From Candidatus Latescibacterota bacterium (lineage in GTDB: Bacteria; Latescibacterota; UBA2968; GCA-2709665), in assembly GCA_965116875.1 (NCBI GenBank), contig OZ220733.1, positions 3,168,001-3,232,000 on the forward strand: DNA of 64,000 nucleotides, read 5' to 3'. Shown one piece after another: positions 1 through 10,400 of this stretch. The translations under genes were made by a program, and so were the position numbers. Every line of letters begins with the position of its first letter. Positions within the stretch are counted from its first letter, which is position 1. The notes beneath the pieces were generated by a model, which saw only the letters and a list, made by a program, of their open reading frames with translations, did no database searches and was not told where the DNA came from.

Positions 1-28
1 CGGGTGTTATCGTTAATCGAAAGCAAAG

Positions 29-168
29 CCTGAAAGGCGGGTAGAGGTAAGACGGTAGACGGGAGAGATTACCTGCCGTGCGAGGTTTCTTCTCATGCCG
101 CAGGCAAAGAGGAATAACATACCGGGCAAAGACTTCCTCTACCGTCTACCCTCTCCCGTCTCCCCGCC
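29..168. repeat. ~135-140-bp dispersed element with heptamer inverted arms, copy 1
   Basis: Left arm GGCGG..GTAAGACGGTAGACGGGAGAG is complementary to right arm CTCTACCGTCTACCCTCTCCCGTCTCCCCGCC; the core aligns by eye with 39281-39411. Confidence 0.75.
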
Positions 169-236
169 TGAAGAAAATACACGCGAATGGGAGACGAAAT
201 GGTTGTGGAGCGTAATTAAATTGAAAAGGAGTAACC

Positions 237-1400
237 ATGGTTCTTCGCGGGAAGATTGTGGGCACGGAAACACCCGTGTCGGTATCCATTGAAGACGGTC
301 GAATCTCGGGCATCGAAGAAGCGGGAACGGCGGCACAGGGAGGCGACGACGTGTGGATTTCGCCCGGGATATTCGACGTTCAGGTCAACGGGGCCGGCGG
401 GATCAACTACAGTTCCGGGGACCTGACGGTGGACCGCGTGCTGCAGGCCAGCGAGTGGCCGTACCGGGCGGGGACGGCGCTGTTCTGCCCCACGGTGACA
501 ACCTCCCCGGCGGAGCAGGCGATCGCGGGGCTGCGAACGCTGGCCAGGGCGTGCGAACAGTCGGCCGCCGCGAATGGCTCATTTGTCGGTTTCCACGTGG
601 AGGGGCCGTACATCGCGTCCGAAGACGGTCCCAGGGGGGCGCATCCCCTGGAACATACGCGGGACCCGGACTGGGACGAGTTCCGCCGCTATCAGGATGC
701 CGCGAATGGCCGGATCACGATTCTGACCCTCGCGCCCGAACGGGAGGGTTCGCTGGCCTTCATCGAGAAGGTCTCCGAAACGGGCGTCATCGTTGCCCTT
801 GGGCATACCGGCGCCAGCAGGGCGCGGATCCGGGAGGCCGTGGCGGCAGGGGCGCGGATGTCCACGCATCTGGGCAACGGGGCTCACGCCGAGATTCCCC
901 GTCACGACAACTATATCTGGGAGCAACTCGCCGCCGACGAACTCTGGGCGGGGATCATCCCGGACGGCCACCATCTTCCGCCGCCGGTGCTGAAGAGCGT
1001 CTGCAGGGCAAAGCAGAAAGAGCGCATCTGTCTGGTCAGCGACGTGTCGTCCATCGCCGGTCTGCCGCCGGGCGTATACGGCCGGAGCTATGGAACGGAC
1101 GAGGTGGAGATTCACGAGAACGGGAAGATCTCGCTGGCAGGTACGCCGTACCTGGCCGGAGCGTCGCTGTTTCTGGATCACGGGATTCCCAATACGGTGG
1201 GATTTACCGATGCCACGCTGGCCGACGCGGTGGACATGGCATCCGTCAACCCGGCGCGACTGCTGGGCGTGGACGACAGGCTGGGGCGTGTGTCGCCGGG
1301 TATGGAGGCCAGTCTCACGATGTTCCGCTGGACGGAGGGACAGCGCGCGCTTTCCGTCGAGGCGACGATTGTCCGGGGTGAGGTCGTCTACAAGGCGTAG
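237..1400 (+). CDS. nagA: N-acetylglucosamine-6-phosphate deacetylase family amidohydrolase
   Basis: Motifs PGIFDVQVNG, HVEGPYI, GAH, TLAPE, GHT, THLGN, DGHH; RBS AAAGGAG upstream of the ATG. Confidence 0.85.
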   Translation: MVLRGKIVGTETPVSVSIEDGRISGIEEAGTAAQGGDDVWISPGIFDVQVNGAGGINYSSGDLTVDRVLQASEWPYRAGTALFCPTVTTSPAEQAIAGLRTLARACEQSAAANGSFVGFHVEGPYIASEDGPRGAHPLEHTRDPDWDEFRRYQDAANGRITILTLAPEREGSLAFIEKVSETGVIVALGHTGASRARIREAVAAGARMSTHLGNGAHAEIPRHDNYIWEQLAADELWAGIIPDGHHLPPPVLKSVCRAKQKERICLVSDVSSIAGLPPGVYGRSYGTDEVEIHENGKISLAGTPYLAGASLFLDHGIPNTVGFTDATLADAVDMASVNPARLLGVDDRLGRVSPGMEASLTMFRWTEGQRALSVEATIVRGEVVYKA

Positions 1401-1481
1401 TCTTCATGCGTTGGAACAGGGTTTTCGCATCGTCCGCTTCCTGCGCTTTGCATATCCGATGTGAGTCGAGAGGTTCGGTCC

Positions 1482-3665
1482 ATGGAACGGATCCAGGGGG
1501 TTGTGGAGCGGATCACGTTTCAGAATGAGGAGAGCGGGTACACGGTTGCCCGATTCCAGCCGGAGGGCAGGAGGGAACCTGTGACCGTGGTTGGCAATAC
1601 GCTCTCGTTGACCGCGGGGGAGTGCGTCGCGGTCAAGGGCGAGTGGACCACCCACGCGAAGTTCGGCCGTCAGTTCAAGATCGAGTCCTACGAAAAGGTA
1701 CATCCGTACACGGTTGAGGGAATGCGAAAGTACCTGGGCTCAGGCCTGATCAAGGGAATCGGACCGGTCATGGCGGGAAGGATCGTGGACCACTTCGGCG
1801 AAAAAACGCTGGAGGTGATCGAGAAGGCCTCAAAAAGGCTGGTCGAGGTGGAGGGGCTGGGCAGGAAGCGCGCGGGGATGATCGAGGATGCCTGGAAGGA
1901 ACAGCGCGAAATTCACAATGTGATGGTGTTCCTGCAGTCGCACGACGTGGGCACGGGGCATGCCGTAAAGATCTGGAAGCGATACGGCCAGGATGCAATC
2001 TCGCTGATCCGGGAGAATCCGTACCGGTTGTCGGCCGACGTATGGGGAATCGGGTTCACGAGCGCCGACCGAATCGCACAGAAAATGGGGGTCGAGCCCC
2101 ATTCCGATCAACGGATCATGGCCGGCATTCGGCACGTGCTGGGAACGGCCGCGGAAACGGAGGGGCACGTCTACCTGCCAAGGGCGGAACTGTCGACGGT
2201 CTGCGCCGAGACGCTGGACGTATCTCCGGAATTGATCGCCCCGTGCATCGACCAGTTGCAAACAACCGAAGAAGTCGTCGTCGAGGAAAACCGCATCTAC
2301 AATCCGCCGCTCTACTTTGCGGAAAAGGGCGTCGCGACGCGCGTACATCAGTTTTCCAGCATCGAGCGAATTGAGACCGGCGATACCGGCCGGGAGATTG
2401 CAGCCATTGAGAAACGGACCGGCGTCCGGTTCGCCGCGCGGCAGAAGGTCGCCCTGAAAAACGCCCTCGCCCACAGCCTGCTGGTCCTGACGGGCGGACC
2501 GGGCACGGGCAAGACCACGACCATCAGGGGATTGATCGCCCTCTTCGAGGCGCGGGGCAAGGACGTTGCGCTGGCGGCGCCAACCGGTCGCGCGGCAAAG
2601 CGGATGTCGGAAGCCACCGGGCGGGACGCGAGTACCATCCACAGGCTGCTGAAGTTCAGTCCCGGAGAGAATCGATTCGAGAGGAACTTCGAGAATCAAC
2701 TGTCCGCGGGCGCGGTCATCATTGACGAGGTTTCGATGATGGACGTGAGGCTGATGAACAGCCTGCTGCAGGCGGTGCCATTGAATGCTTCCGTTGTTCT
2801 TGTTGGCGACGTGGACCAGTTGCCTTCGGTGGGCCCGGGGAATATCCTGAAGGATATCATCGGCTCCGGAAAGACGGAAACGGTGGCGCTCAACGAAATC
2901 TTCCGGCAGGCGCGCGAGAGCCGGATCGTGACGAACGCGCACAGCATCCTGGCCGGTGAAATCCCCGAGGTGGACAACAGCCGGAAGTCGGATTTCTTCT
3001 TTTCGGAGGTGGACGACCCCGAGGAGGTGGTGGACACGGTCTGCGGTCTCTGCCGGAACAGGTTGCCCCGCGCCTACGGGGTGGACGCTATTGACGACAT
3101 CCAGGTCCTGGCGCCCATGTACCGGGGTGAAACAGGCGCGATCAATCTGAATCAGGTACTCCAGGAGCGGCTCAATCCGGGCGGCCAGGAACTCCTTCGC
3201 GGCGGCGTTCGCTTCCGCGTGGGAGACAAGGTGATGCAGGTCCGGAACAACTACGACAAGGACGTGTTCAACGGGGACATCGGGCGCGTGGCGGCAATCG
3301 ATATGACGAATCACGCGCTGGCGGTGAGGTATCCCGAGCGCACCGTGGGGTACGATTTCACGGAGCTGGACGAGATCGTGCTGGCTTACGCCACGAGCGT
3401 CCACAAGAGCCAGGGATCGGAGTATCCGGTTGTGGTGCTGCCCCTGACCACCCAGCACTATATGATGCTGCAGAGAAACCTGCTCTACACCGCCGTCACC
3501 CGAGCGAAGAACCTGGTGGTCATCGTCGGCACGCGCAAGGCCATGGCCATTGCCATCAAAAACAACCGGGTTGCCGACCGGTACACCTCGCTGCCCCCAC
3601 GCATCCGGGCGGGCGCGGGTGACGAGTCACGAGATAGGAATCCACATCGATTCGAGGAAAGATAG
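1482..3665 (+). CDS. recD2: RecD2 (YrrC-type) ATP-dependent DNA helicase
   Basis: N-terminal OB-like region, YLGSGLIKGIG HhH, Walker A GGPGTGKTT, APTGRAA, DEVSM, GDVDQL, HKSQGSEY; ATG 1482 after GAGAGG preferred over GTG 1461. Confidence 0.93.
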   Translation: MERIQGVVERITFQNEESGYTVARFQPEGRREPVTVVGNTLSLTAGECVAVKGEWTTHAKFGRQFKIESYEKVHPYTVEGMRKYLGSGLIKGIGPVMAGRIVDHFGEKTLEVIEKASKRLVEVEGLGRKRAGMIEDAWKEQREIHNVMVFLQSHDVGTGHAVKIWKRYGQDAISLIRENPYRLSADVWGIGFTSADRIAQKMGVEPHSDQRIMAGIRHVLGTAAETEGHVYLPRAELSTVCAETLDVSPELIAPCIDQLQTTEEVVVEENRIYNPPLYFAEKGVATRVHQFSSIERIETGDTGREIAAIEKRTGVRFAARQKVALKNALAHSLLVLTGGPGTGKTTTIRGLIALFEARGKDVALAAPTGRAAKRMSEATGRDASTIHRLLKFSPGENRFERNFENQLSAGAVIIDEVSMMDVRLMNSLLQAVPLNASVVLVGDVDQLPSVGPGNILKDIIGSGKTETVALNEIFRQARESRIVTNAHSILAGEIPEVDNSRKSDFFFSEVDDPEEVVDTVCGLCRNRLPRAYGVDAIDDIQVLAPMYRGETGAINLNQVLQERLNPGGQELLRGGVRFRVGDKVMQVRNNYDKDVFNGDIGRVAAIDMTNHALAVRYPERTVGYDFTELDEIVLAYATSVHKSQGSEYPVVVLPLTTQHYMMLQRNLLYTAVTRAKNLVVIVGTRKAMAIAIKNNRVADRYTSLPPRIRAGAGDESRDRNPHRFEER

Positions 3666-4121
3666 CCGTCAAATCGGCCGCAGAAGGCACAAGAGACACA
3701 AAGGGTTCTGGTGCGAAACGGGGTGTGCCGCAACGCGGTGACCCTGCTTTCGGACCCTGCTTCTTCCCGCGGGCCTTGCTGAGAATATTTCAGCAGGGCC
3801 CTCTTTTTTGAGATTTCGCGACCCCGACCGGGCTGACTCAGAGCCCATAAACCAACTCCGACCTGTCCGCGGTCGATTCCACGCGGCGGCCGCCCACCTA
3901 CCTTTCCTCGCACTCGACCGTCCGTTCGCGAAATTCAGATGGCGCTTCAGGCTCTTCCCTGGACGCCATACCCTCCCATCGATGTTTTGATTGTACTCCG
4001 GTGCGATCTGATCCGAGATCGTCGGCAACCGCCTGTCACAGGTGTACCGACCGGCATCTCCGGGAATCCTTGTAGTTTTCGCGAGAATTCACGAAAATAT
4101 CACGATTAATAGACGCAATAG

Positions 4122-4142
4122 TCACTATAAAATCACTATAAT
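4122..4142 (+). promoter_or_regulatory. Direct repeat TCACTATAA x2 with 11-bp period overlapping a TATAAT -10 box
   Basis: AT-rich patch upstream of the giant gene at 4476; TCACTATAA at 4122 and 4133, TATAAT at 4137-4142. Confidence 0.4.
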
Positions 4143-4305
4143 GTGGTATATTATCATGATATTTATATCTTAAATACCGCTAAGGGCAATCCGGAAGTCA
4201 TCTCAACGGGAGGACTATCGCGAATGCTCATCATCTCGGACAAATCAAGGCGTGTTTTGTTGCTTCTATGTGGTTTGTGCAGCCGGACATGGGTGCGATG
4301 TGCGT

Positions 4306-4379
4306 GCAGAGGCGTCCCTTGCGGACGCCCTCACCACGAAGGACCGGTCTGAAGGTGGGGCGGACATTCCTGTCTGCCC
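4306..4379 (+). repeat. REP doublet (BIME-like), copy 1
   Basis: Palindromes GCAGAGGCGTCCCTTGCGGACGCCC and GTGGGGCGGACATTCCTGTCTGCCC with starts 49 bp apart; same arrangement at 10682-10755. Confidence 0.7.
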
Positions 4380-4417
4380 ACGTGTGAGAGACACGTCTGT
4401 CAGGTCTCGGCACAAAC

Positions 4418-4455
4418 TGTCATCCTGAAGAGGCCGTCAGGCTGACGAAGGATCT
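4418..4455 (+). repeat. TGTCATCCTGA...CGAAGGATCT REP-like palindrome
   Basis: Related copy TGTCATTCAGAGCGGAGCGAAGAATCT at 16712-16738. Confidence 0.5.
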
Positions 4456-4475
4456 GCTATGGAGGTTATAGGATC

Positions 4476-7400
4476 GTGAACCGACGGGTTTTTCAACGGT
4501 CGATTCGATGGCTGACGCCGGCCGCGTTTTTTCTTTCGTTGGCGGTCTTTGTCACCCCCTGGTCGCCATCTTCGCAGTCCACCGGCTTTTCGCTTTCCCT
4601 GGATCTGAACGAAGCCACGGGCGACCAAGCGGTTTCCTCGCTCGACCTCCTTCCCGGTCAGCCATTCTCCGTACAGATGTTCGCCACGGATATTCAGAGC
4701 GCTCAGGGTGTTTCCGCGCGTTTGCGTTTCGACGCATCCCAGGTCGTATACGAGGAGCTCGATCCCGGCGATGCGCTGCCGAACGTGCAGGCCGTTGCCC
4801 GGCAGGATTCCACGTCGCTCCGGGTCAGCGTGTCTTCGCTTGGCGGATCGGCAACGGTCAGCGAAGGTTGGGTCGCCACGCTGCGTTTCCGCACGACCGC
4901 CGCATTTACAGACACGGAAGTGTGGCTGGTGGACGCCGAACGTACACGCGGCGGTCAGACCGAGACCGTCTCGCTTGCCGTTGGCGTGGCGCTGCAGGTT
5001 GTGGCGCCGCCATCTCCGGACTTCGACGGCAACGGCATGGTGGGCTTCTCCGACTTCGTGGCGTTCGCCAGGTTCTTCGGGGCTCGGCGTGGCGACGCCA
5101 AGTACGCCGCGCCGTACGATCTGAACCACGACGAAGAGATCGCGTTCGAAGATTTCGTAATATTCGCCAGAAGCTTCGGAGAATCGGTGAACCGTGCGCC
5201 GGTTTTCGCAGAACCAGCGCCCCTGACGCGTTCCGTGATGGAGAACACGTCCGGCGGTGAGCCGATCGGCGATCCCGTCACGGCCACGGACGCCGACGGC
5301 GATTCTATCACGTACGGGCTGCGCGGCGTTCACGCGGACAGCTTTGCGATCGGCGCGGACACGGGTCAGCTCTTCGCACGGGAGGGAGTCGCGTACGACC
5401 ATGAAGGCAACGACACCTATTCCGTGACCGTCCGCGCAGCCGACGGCCGGGGGGGCCGCGCGACGGTTGCGGTGGACATCACCGTCGCCGACGTGGACGA
5501 ACCTCCCTCAGCGGCGCCAGACAGCGTGCGGGTGGCCTCCCGCGACACCGCGCTGGCCGTGACTTGGCTCGCGGCGATCGACGAGCCGGGCAGACCGCCT
5601 GTGAGCGGGTACGAGGTGGGGCACAAGGTGGAAGAAGCCGAGATTTGGCCGGGCGGGCTGCTGGTGGAGGGCCGCGCGGGAACGAGCGTCACGTTAGCAG
5701 GCCTGACCAACGATCAGGCGTACCAGGTACGGGTACGCACGTTGAACGACGAGGGAAGGGGACCATGGTCGGCGCCAGTCGCCGGCGTGCCCGCGGTGGG
5801 GCCCAGGCCTCGCGGCGAATTGCGCGACCAGACGGCGCTCATCGGCCGCGATCTGGAAATCAACCTTGCCAGCCTCTTCACGCGACCCGCACGGGGGACG
5901 TGGACCTTTGGCGCGACGTCTTCCAACGAGGGGGTGGCCACGGTCGCGGTGTCGGATACGATGGCGGTGGTGCGCGGCGTCGTCCCAGGGCGCACGACCA
6001 TCACCGCTACCGCAAGCAACAGGTATGGCAACAGTTCATGGACCACCTTCGACGTGGTGGTCACGACACCCCCAGCCCCACCGCCGCCGCCTCCTCCAAC
6101 GACGCCGCCGCCGCCTCCTCCAACGACGCCGCCGCCACCTCCTCCAACCACGCCGCCGCCACCTCCTCCTCCGCCCCAGGACACGCCGACGGTTTCCTCG
6201 ATCACCTTCACGTCCACCCCGGCATCGGGGCAGAATGGCACGTACAAGCTGGGCGACTTGATTTCCGTAACCGCGTCCTTTAGCGAAGCGGTCACGGTCA
6301 CCGGCACGCCGCAGGTCGACCTGAGGATCGGTTCCACTTTGCGGAGGGCCAACTATGCGAGCGGCTCCTCGACGAGCGCGCTCCTGTTTCAGTATACCGT
6401 ACAGGCCACCGACGAGGACACCGACGGGGCGACCATCAACGCGAACGGGCTCAAGCTCAACAATGGCAGCATCAGGAAAAACAATACGACGACGAGCGCT
6501 CAGCTTGGGCACGGGGCAGAGGTGAATCAATCCGCCCACAAGGTGGATGGAATGGTACCGGCGCTGACCGGCGCGGCGGTAACGGGCGACAAGCTGACCC
6601 TGTCTTACGGGGAGGCGCTCGACGACGATCCGATTCCGGCGAACGGCGATTTCGCAGTTACCGTAGAAGGGACCGCGCGCAACGTCGCAGCGGTCGGCGT
6701 GAACGGCAGCGCGGTGACGCTCACCCTCGCCTCTGCCGCAATCCTGGGCGAGACGGTGAGGCTGACCTACACGCCCGGGACCCACCCGATCCGCGACCTG
6801 GCGCAGAACCCGGCAGGCGCGTACGCCAACGGAACTGTTGTCAACCTGACCGGTGGCGTATGCGACCGCACTCCGCAGGTGAGTGACGCGATCGTTGAGG
6901 CGGCAGGCGCGAGCGATTGCAATGCGGTCACGGCCGCGCATCTGTGGGCGATAACAGAACTCCCTCTGAATGAAAGGGATATCTCAGCGTTGAAAACTGG
7001 TGATTTTTCCGGTTTGACAGCGCTGGCAAAGCTCAATCTGGCGGGCAACAGGTTAAGCACGCTACCCGCGAACCTCTTCTCTGATTTGCCTGCGATAAAC
7101 CTGGTCAGCTTGCGCGAAAACAACATCAGCACGCTTCCGGCCAGCCTATTCTCGAATCCGTCACCGCTCAAGGATCTTGATCTGACACATAACGTCCTGT
7201 CAGGCATCAATAAGTCCACGTTTTCGGGATTGACGGCACTGGAGCGCATTGGCCTGGCAAATAACCGCCTTCAAGAGAGTTCTCTTCCGTCAGGCATATT
7301 CGCAAGCTTGCCTTCACTCAAATTCATCAATCTGGGCACCAACCATTTCCCCGACATCACCGCAGATTTCTTCTCCGACCTGACGGGTTTGGAAATCCTC

Positions 7401-10400
7401 TATCTGACCGACGTTGGCCTCACCACGCTGACCGGGGATCTTTTCTCCAATCTGTCCTCGCTCAATATTCTCAGTCTGTCGCATAACGATATATCGAGCG
7501 TGAGTGCGAACGCGTTCTCGGGGCTGACGTCACTGGAATATCTTTGGATGGACTTCGCCGATCTCGAATCAAGCGTTCTTCCATCGGGGGTATTCTCAAG
7601 CTTGACATCGCTGCGGACGCTGTCACTCAGGGTTAACCGACTGGAGAGCCTACCCGCAGGAGTATTCCTTGGGCTGACTTCTTTGACAGATCTTCACGTT
7701 TCCGAGAACCCGATCGACCCCTTGCCCATTACGATATCGCTGGAGCGGATCGATGACGGACAGTTCAATGCGAGCGCGCACACCGGCGCGCCGTTCAACG
7801 TGACGCTGCCACTTCAGCTGGTCAACGGTTCGGTCAGCGGCGGCGCAGCCAGCATTGTCATTCCCCGCGGCAGGCTGGAAAGCGACGCCGTCACGGTAAC
7901 CCGAACAGTCGGATCCATCGGCGCCGTCACAGTCGACATCGAGTCGCTGCCGGTACCGCCGCCCCCTCCGGACCACCGGGGCTATGCGCTCGTGAGACCC
8001 AACGACGAACCGCTTGAAGTTCTGGCCCCGGTTCCCAAAGTGATCATCTACCCGACCGCCGTTACCGTGGCGGCGGGATACAGCAACGTCTACAGAGTCG
8101 CGCTGAACGCGCAGCCGACGGCGGACGTGACGGTCAGTGTGAACGCCCCCTCGAATAGCGAATTCTCGGTTTACCCCACGGAGCGGACGTTTACTCCCGT
8201 AACGTTCGACATGTTGCAAATCGTGACAGTGGCTGCCGATACCGATGCGGTGGCTGCAGACGCGGTCGCGATCAGCCATGCCGTCAGCGGCGGGAACTAT
8301 CATGATCTTGACGTTGATGACGTGGTCGTGACCGTCGCGGCAGCCCCGAGCACCAGCCAGTCGCCCGTATTCACCAGCGGCGGCACTTTCGATATCAAGG
8401 AGAATGAAACCGAGGTCGGTACGGTGGTCGCGATGGATCCGGACGCGATAGACTACGTTACCGGCTATGAGATCAGCGGCGGAGACCACCAGGCGCAGTT
8501 TGCCGTCTCGGACGAGGGTGCGTTGTCGTTCATCCATGCTCCTGATTTCGAGCGACCCGTCGCGACCGGCAACGTATATGCAGTCGAGGTCACTGCGACC
8601 AGCGGCATGGACGCAAGGCAAAGGGACGCAACCCAGACGATACAGGTCAACGTCGAAGACGTGGAGGAACGCCCGGGAACGCCGCCTGCGCCGGTTTTGA
8701 GTGTTCGCCAGCAATCACGGGAGATAGCTGTCGGCCCGAGTTCGAGTCCGACCGAAAATACAGGACCCGACGTCACGTCGTGGGACATACGGTACCGTGT
8801 CAAGGACAACCGCCATCTCCACAGCCATACCACCGTCGCGGAACCGAATTGGGAGTTCGTGATCCAGCACGCGGTGGCATCCTGGGTCTACGAGGCGCAG
8901 GTGCGCGCTGAGAGTGACGAGGGAGTCAGTGACTGGTCTCCTTTCGCCGAGGCGACGATTCCGAACGAACAACCTGTCGCCAATGGTTCCATCAACGATT
9001 TGACGCTGCCGGCCGGTGGTGCTGCCGAGGTTGTCACCGTCGATGGCGTTTTCGCCGATCCCGATGGATTCAGGCTCACGGCCTCCTCGAGCAATGAAAC
9101 GGTCGCCGCAGCAGGAATGTACGGCAATGCAGTGATGGTCGATCCCCTCAGCGCCGGCAGTGCGACCATTACGTTGACTGCGACCGATCCGTGGGGGCTT
9201 TCGGGTTCGTACAGTTTCGATGCGACGATACAGACGCCGTCGCTACAGGCCCCCACGCTCAGCATTGCTGACAGCGTCGCGACTCTTGGTTTCACGGATG
9301 CTTTCCTTGCGCTCGAAACCCGCGCCTATGACGTCAGAATCCGGCACAAGACCCCCACGGGGCCGTGGGCAGTCGGGTGCATCAGCATAACGAATCCGGA
9401 GGAAAACTCCGCGGCCATCACCACGTCGCGGGATATCACCGCCTCAGGCTTCTTCGAACCCGGCACCCTCTATGAGGCGGACTACATTTACCTGGGGAGC
9501 GGATGTGAATCGAGCGCTGCGGGACTCTCTTCAGCCGCTGCAGAGGCGACCACATCCGGAACCCCTTCGTTCGATATCGAAACCGTCTTCCCGGAAGGGC
9601 CCCCGTCTTCGGATCACCTGGCCGTGATTGAAGCGGCCGTCGCAAGATGGGAACGCATCGTCACCCACGACGTTCCCAACTATCGGCTGTCTGCAACGCA
9701 GATCAGTCAGTTGAAGGCCACATATCCCGGCGTCACGGTACCTGAGGTCGTTGACGACGTGATCATCTTCATACGGATAGGTTCCTATAGCTATGTTTCG
9801 GCGTTGCACCGCCTCGAACTGCGCCCATCCGTGTCGTCCTTGCCGTGGCAATCCGAAATCTCAATTGGATCGCCGTATATCTTCGTTTCTGTCCTTTCTC
9901 AGCGGATCGGCCACTCGATGGGTTTCCACGAAAGCGTGTGGAAGCATCACTACCTGTTGCAGCACGAGTCCAGTTCGGGCCGTCCCCTACCCCAACCCGA
10001 CACGCATTTCTCCGGCGCCGCGGCTATCGACGCCTTCGATGCGGCAGGCGGAACGAGCTACCCGGACGCAAAGGTACCCGTGGAAAACGAGAGAGATTGG
10101 GCCTGGAACCATTCCTGGAGGGTGGACGTGTTCCCGGCGTCCAGAGAATTGATGGGACCGTACGCCGGAGCGTCACTCAGTGCAATCACGATCCAGGCGA
10201 TGGCCGATCTGGGCTATCGCGTTGACGTCACGCAGGCCGACCCATACACCCTTCCCTTGTCAGGCTTGTCCAAGGTAACAGAGGATCTCCTTGAAGAGGC
10301 ATTACCGGAAGGCCCCGAAGGTCAAATCTACCTTGACTTCGTCGCAGAACAACGCGAACACGCGGTCGTCGAATCCACCCCGTTTGTCCTGACGGTGATC

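Noticed and set aside
1830-3458. Long antisense ORFs (e.g. 1830-3458, 19099-20757, 29882-31513, 39637-40968)
   Set aside because: Shadow frames opposite well-supported genes, as expected in high-GC DNA
3670-4030. Possible IS remnant (GGGCCCTGCTGAAATA end-like motif) and short ORFs
   Set aside because: No recognisable transposase motif and no partner inverted repeat
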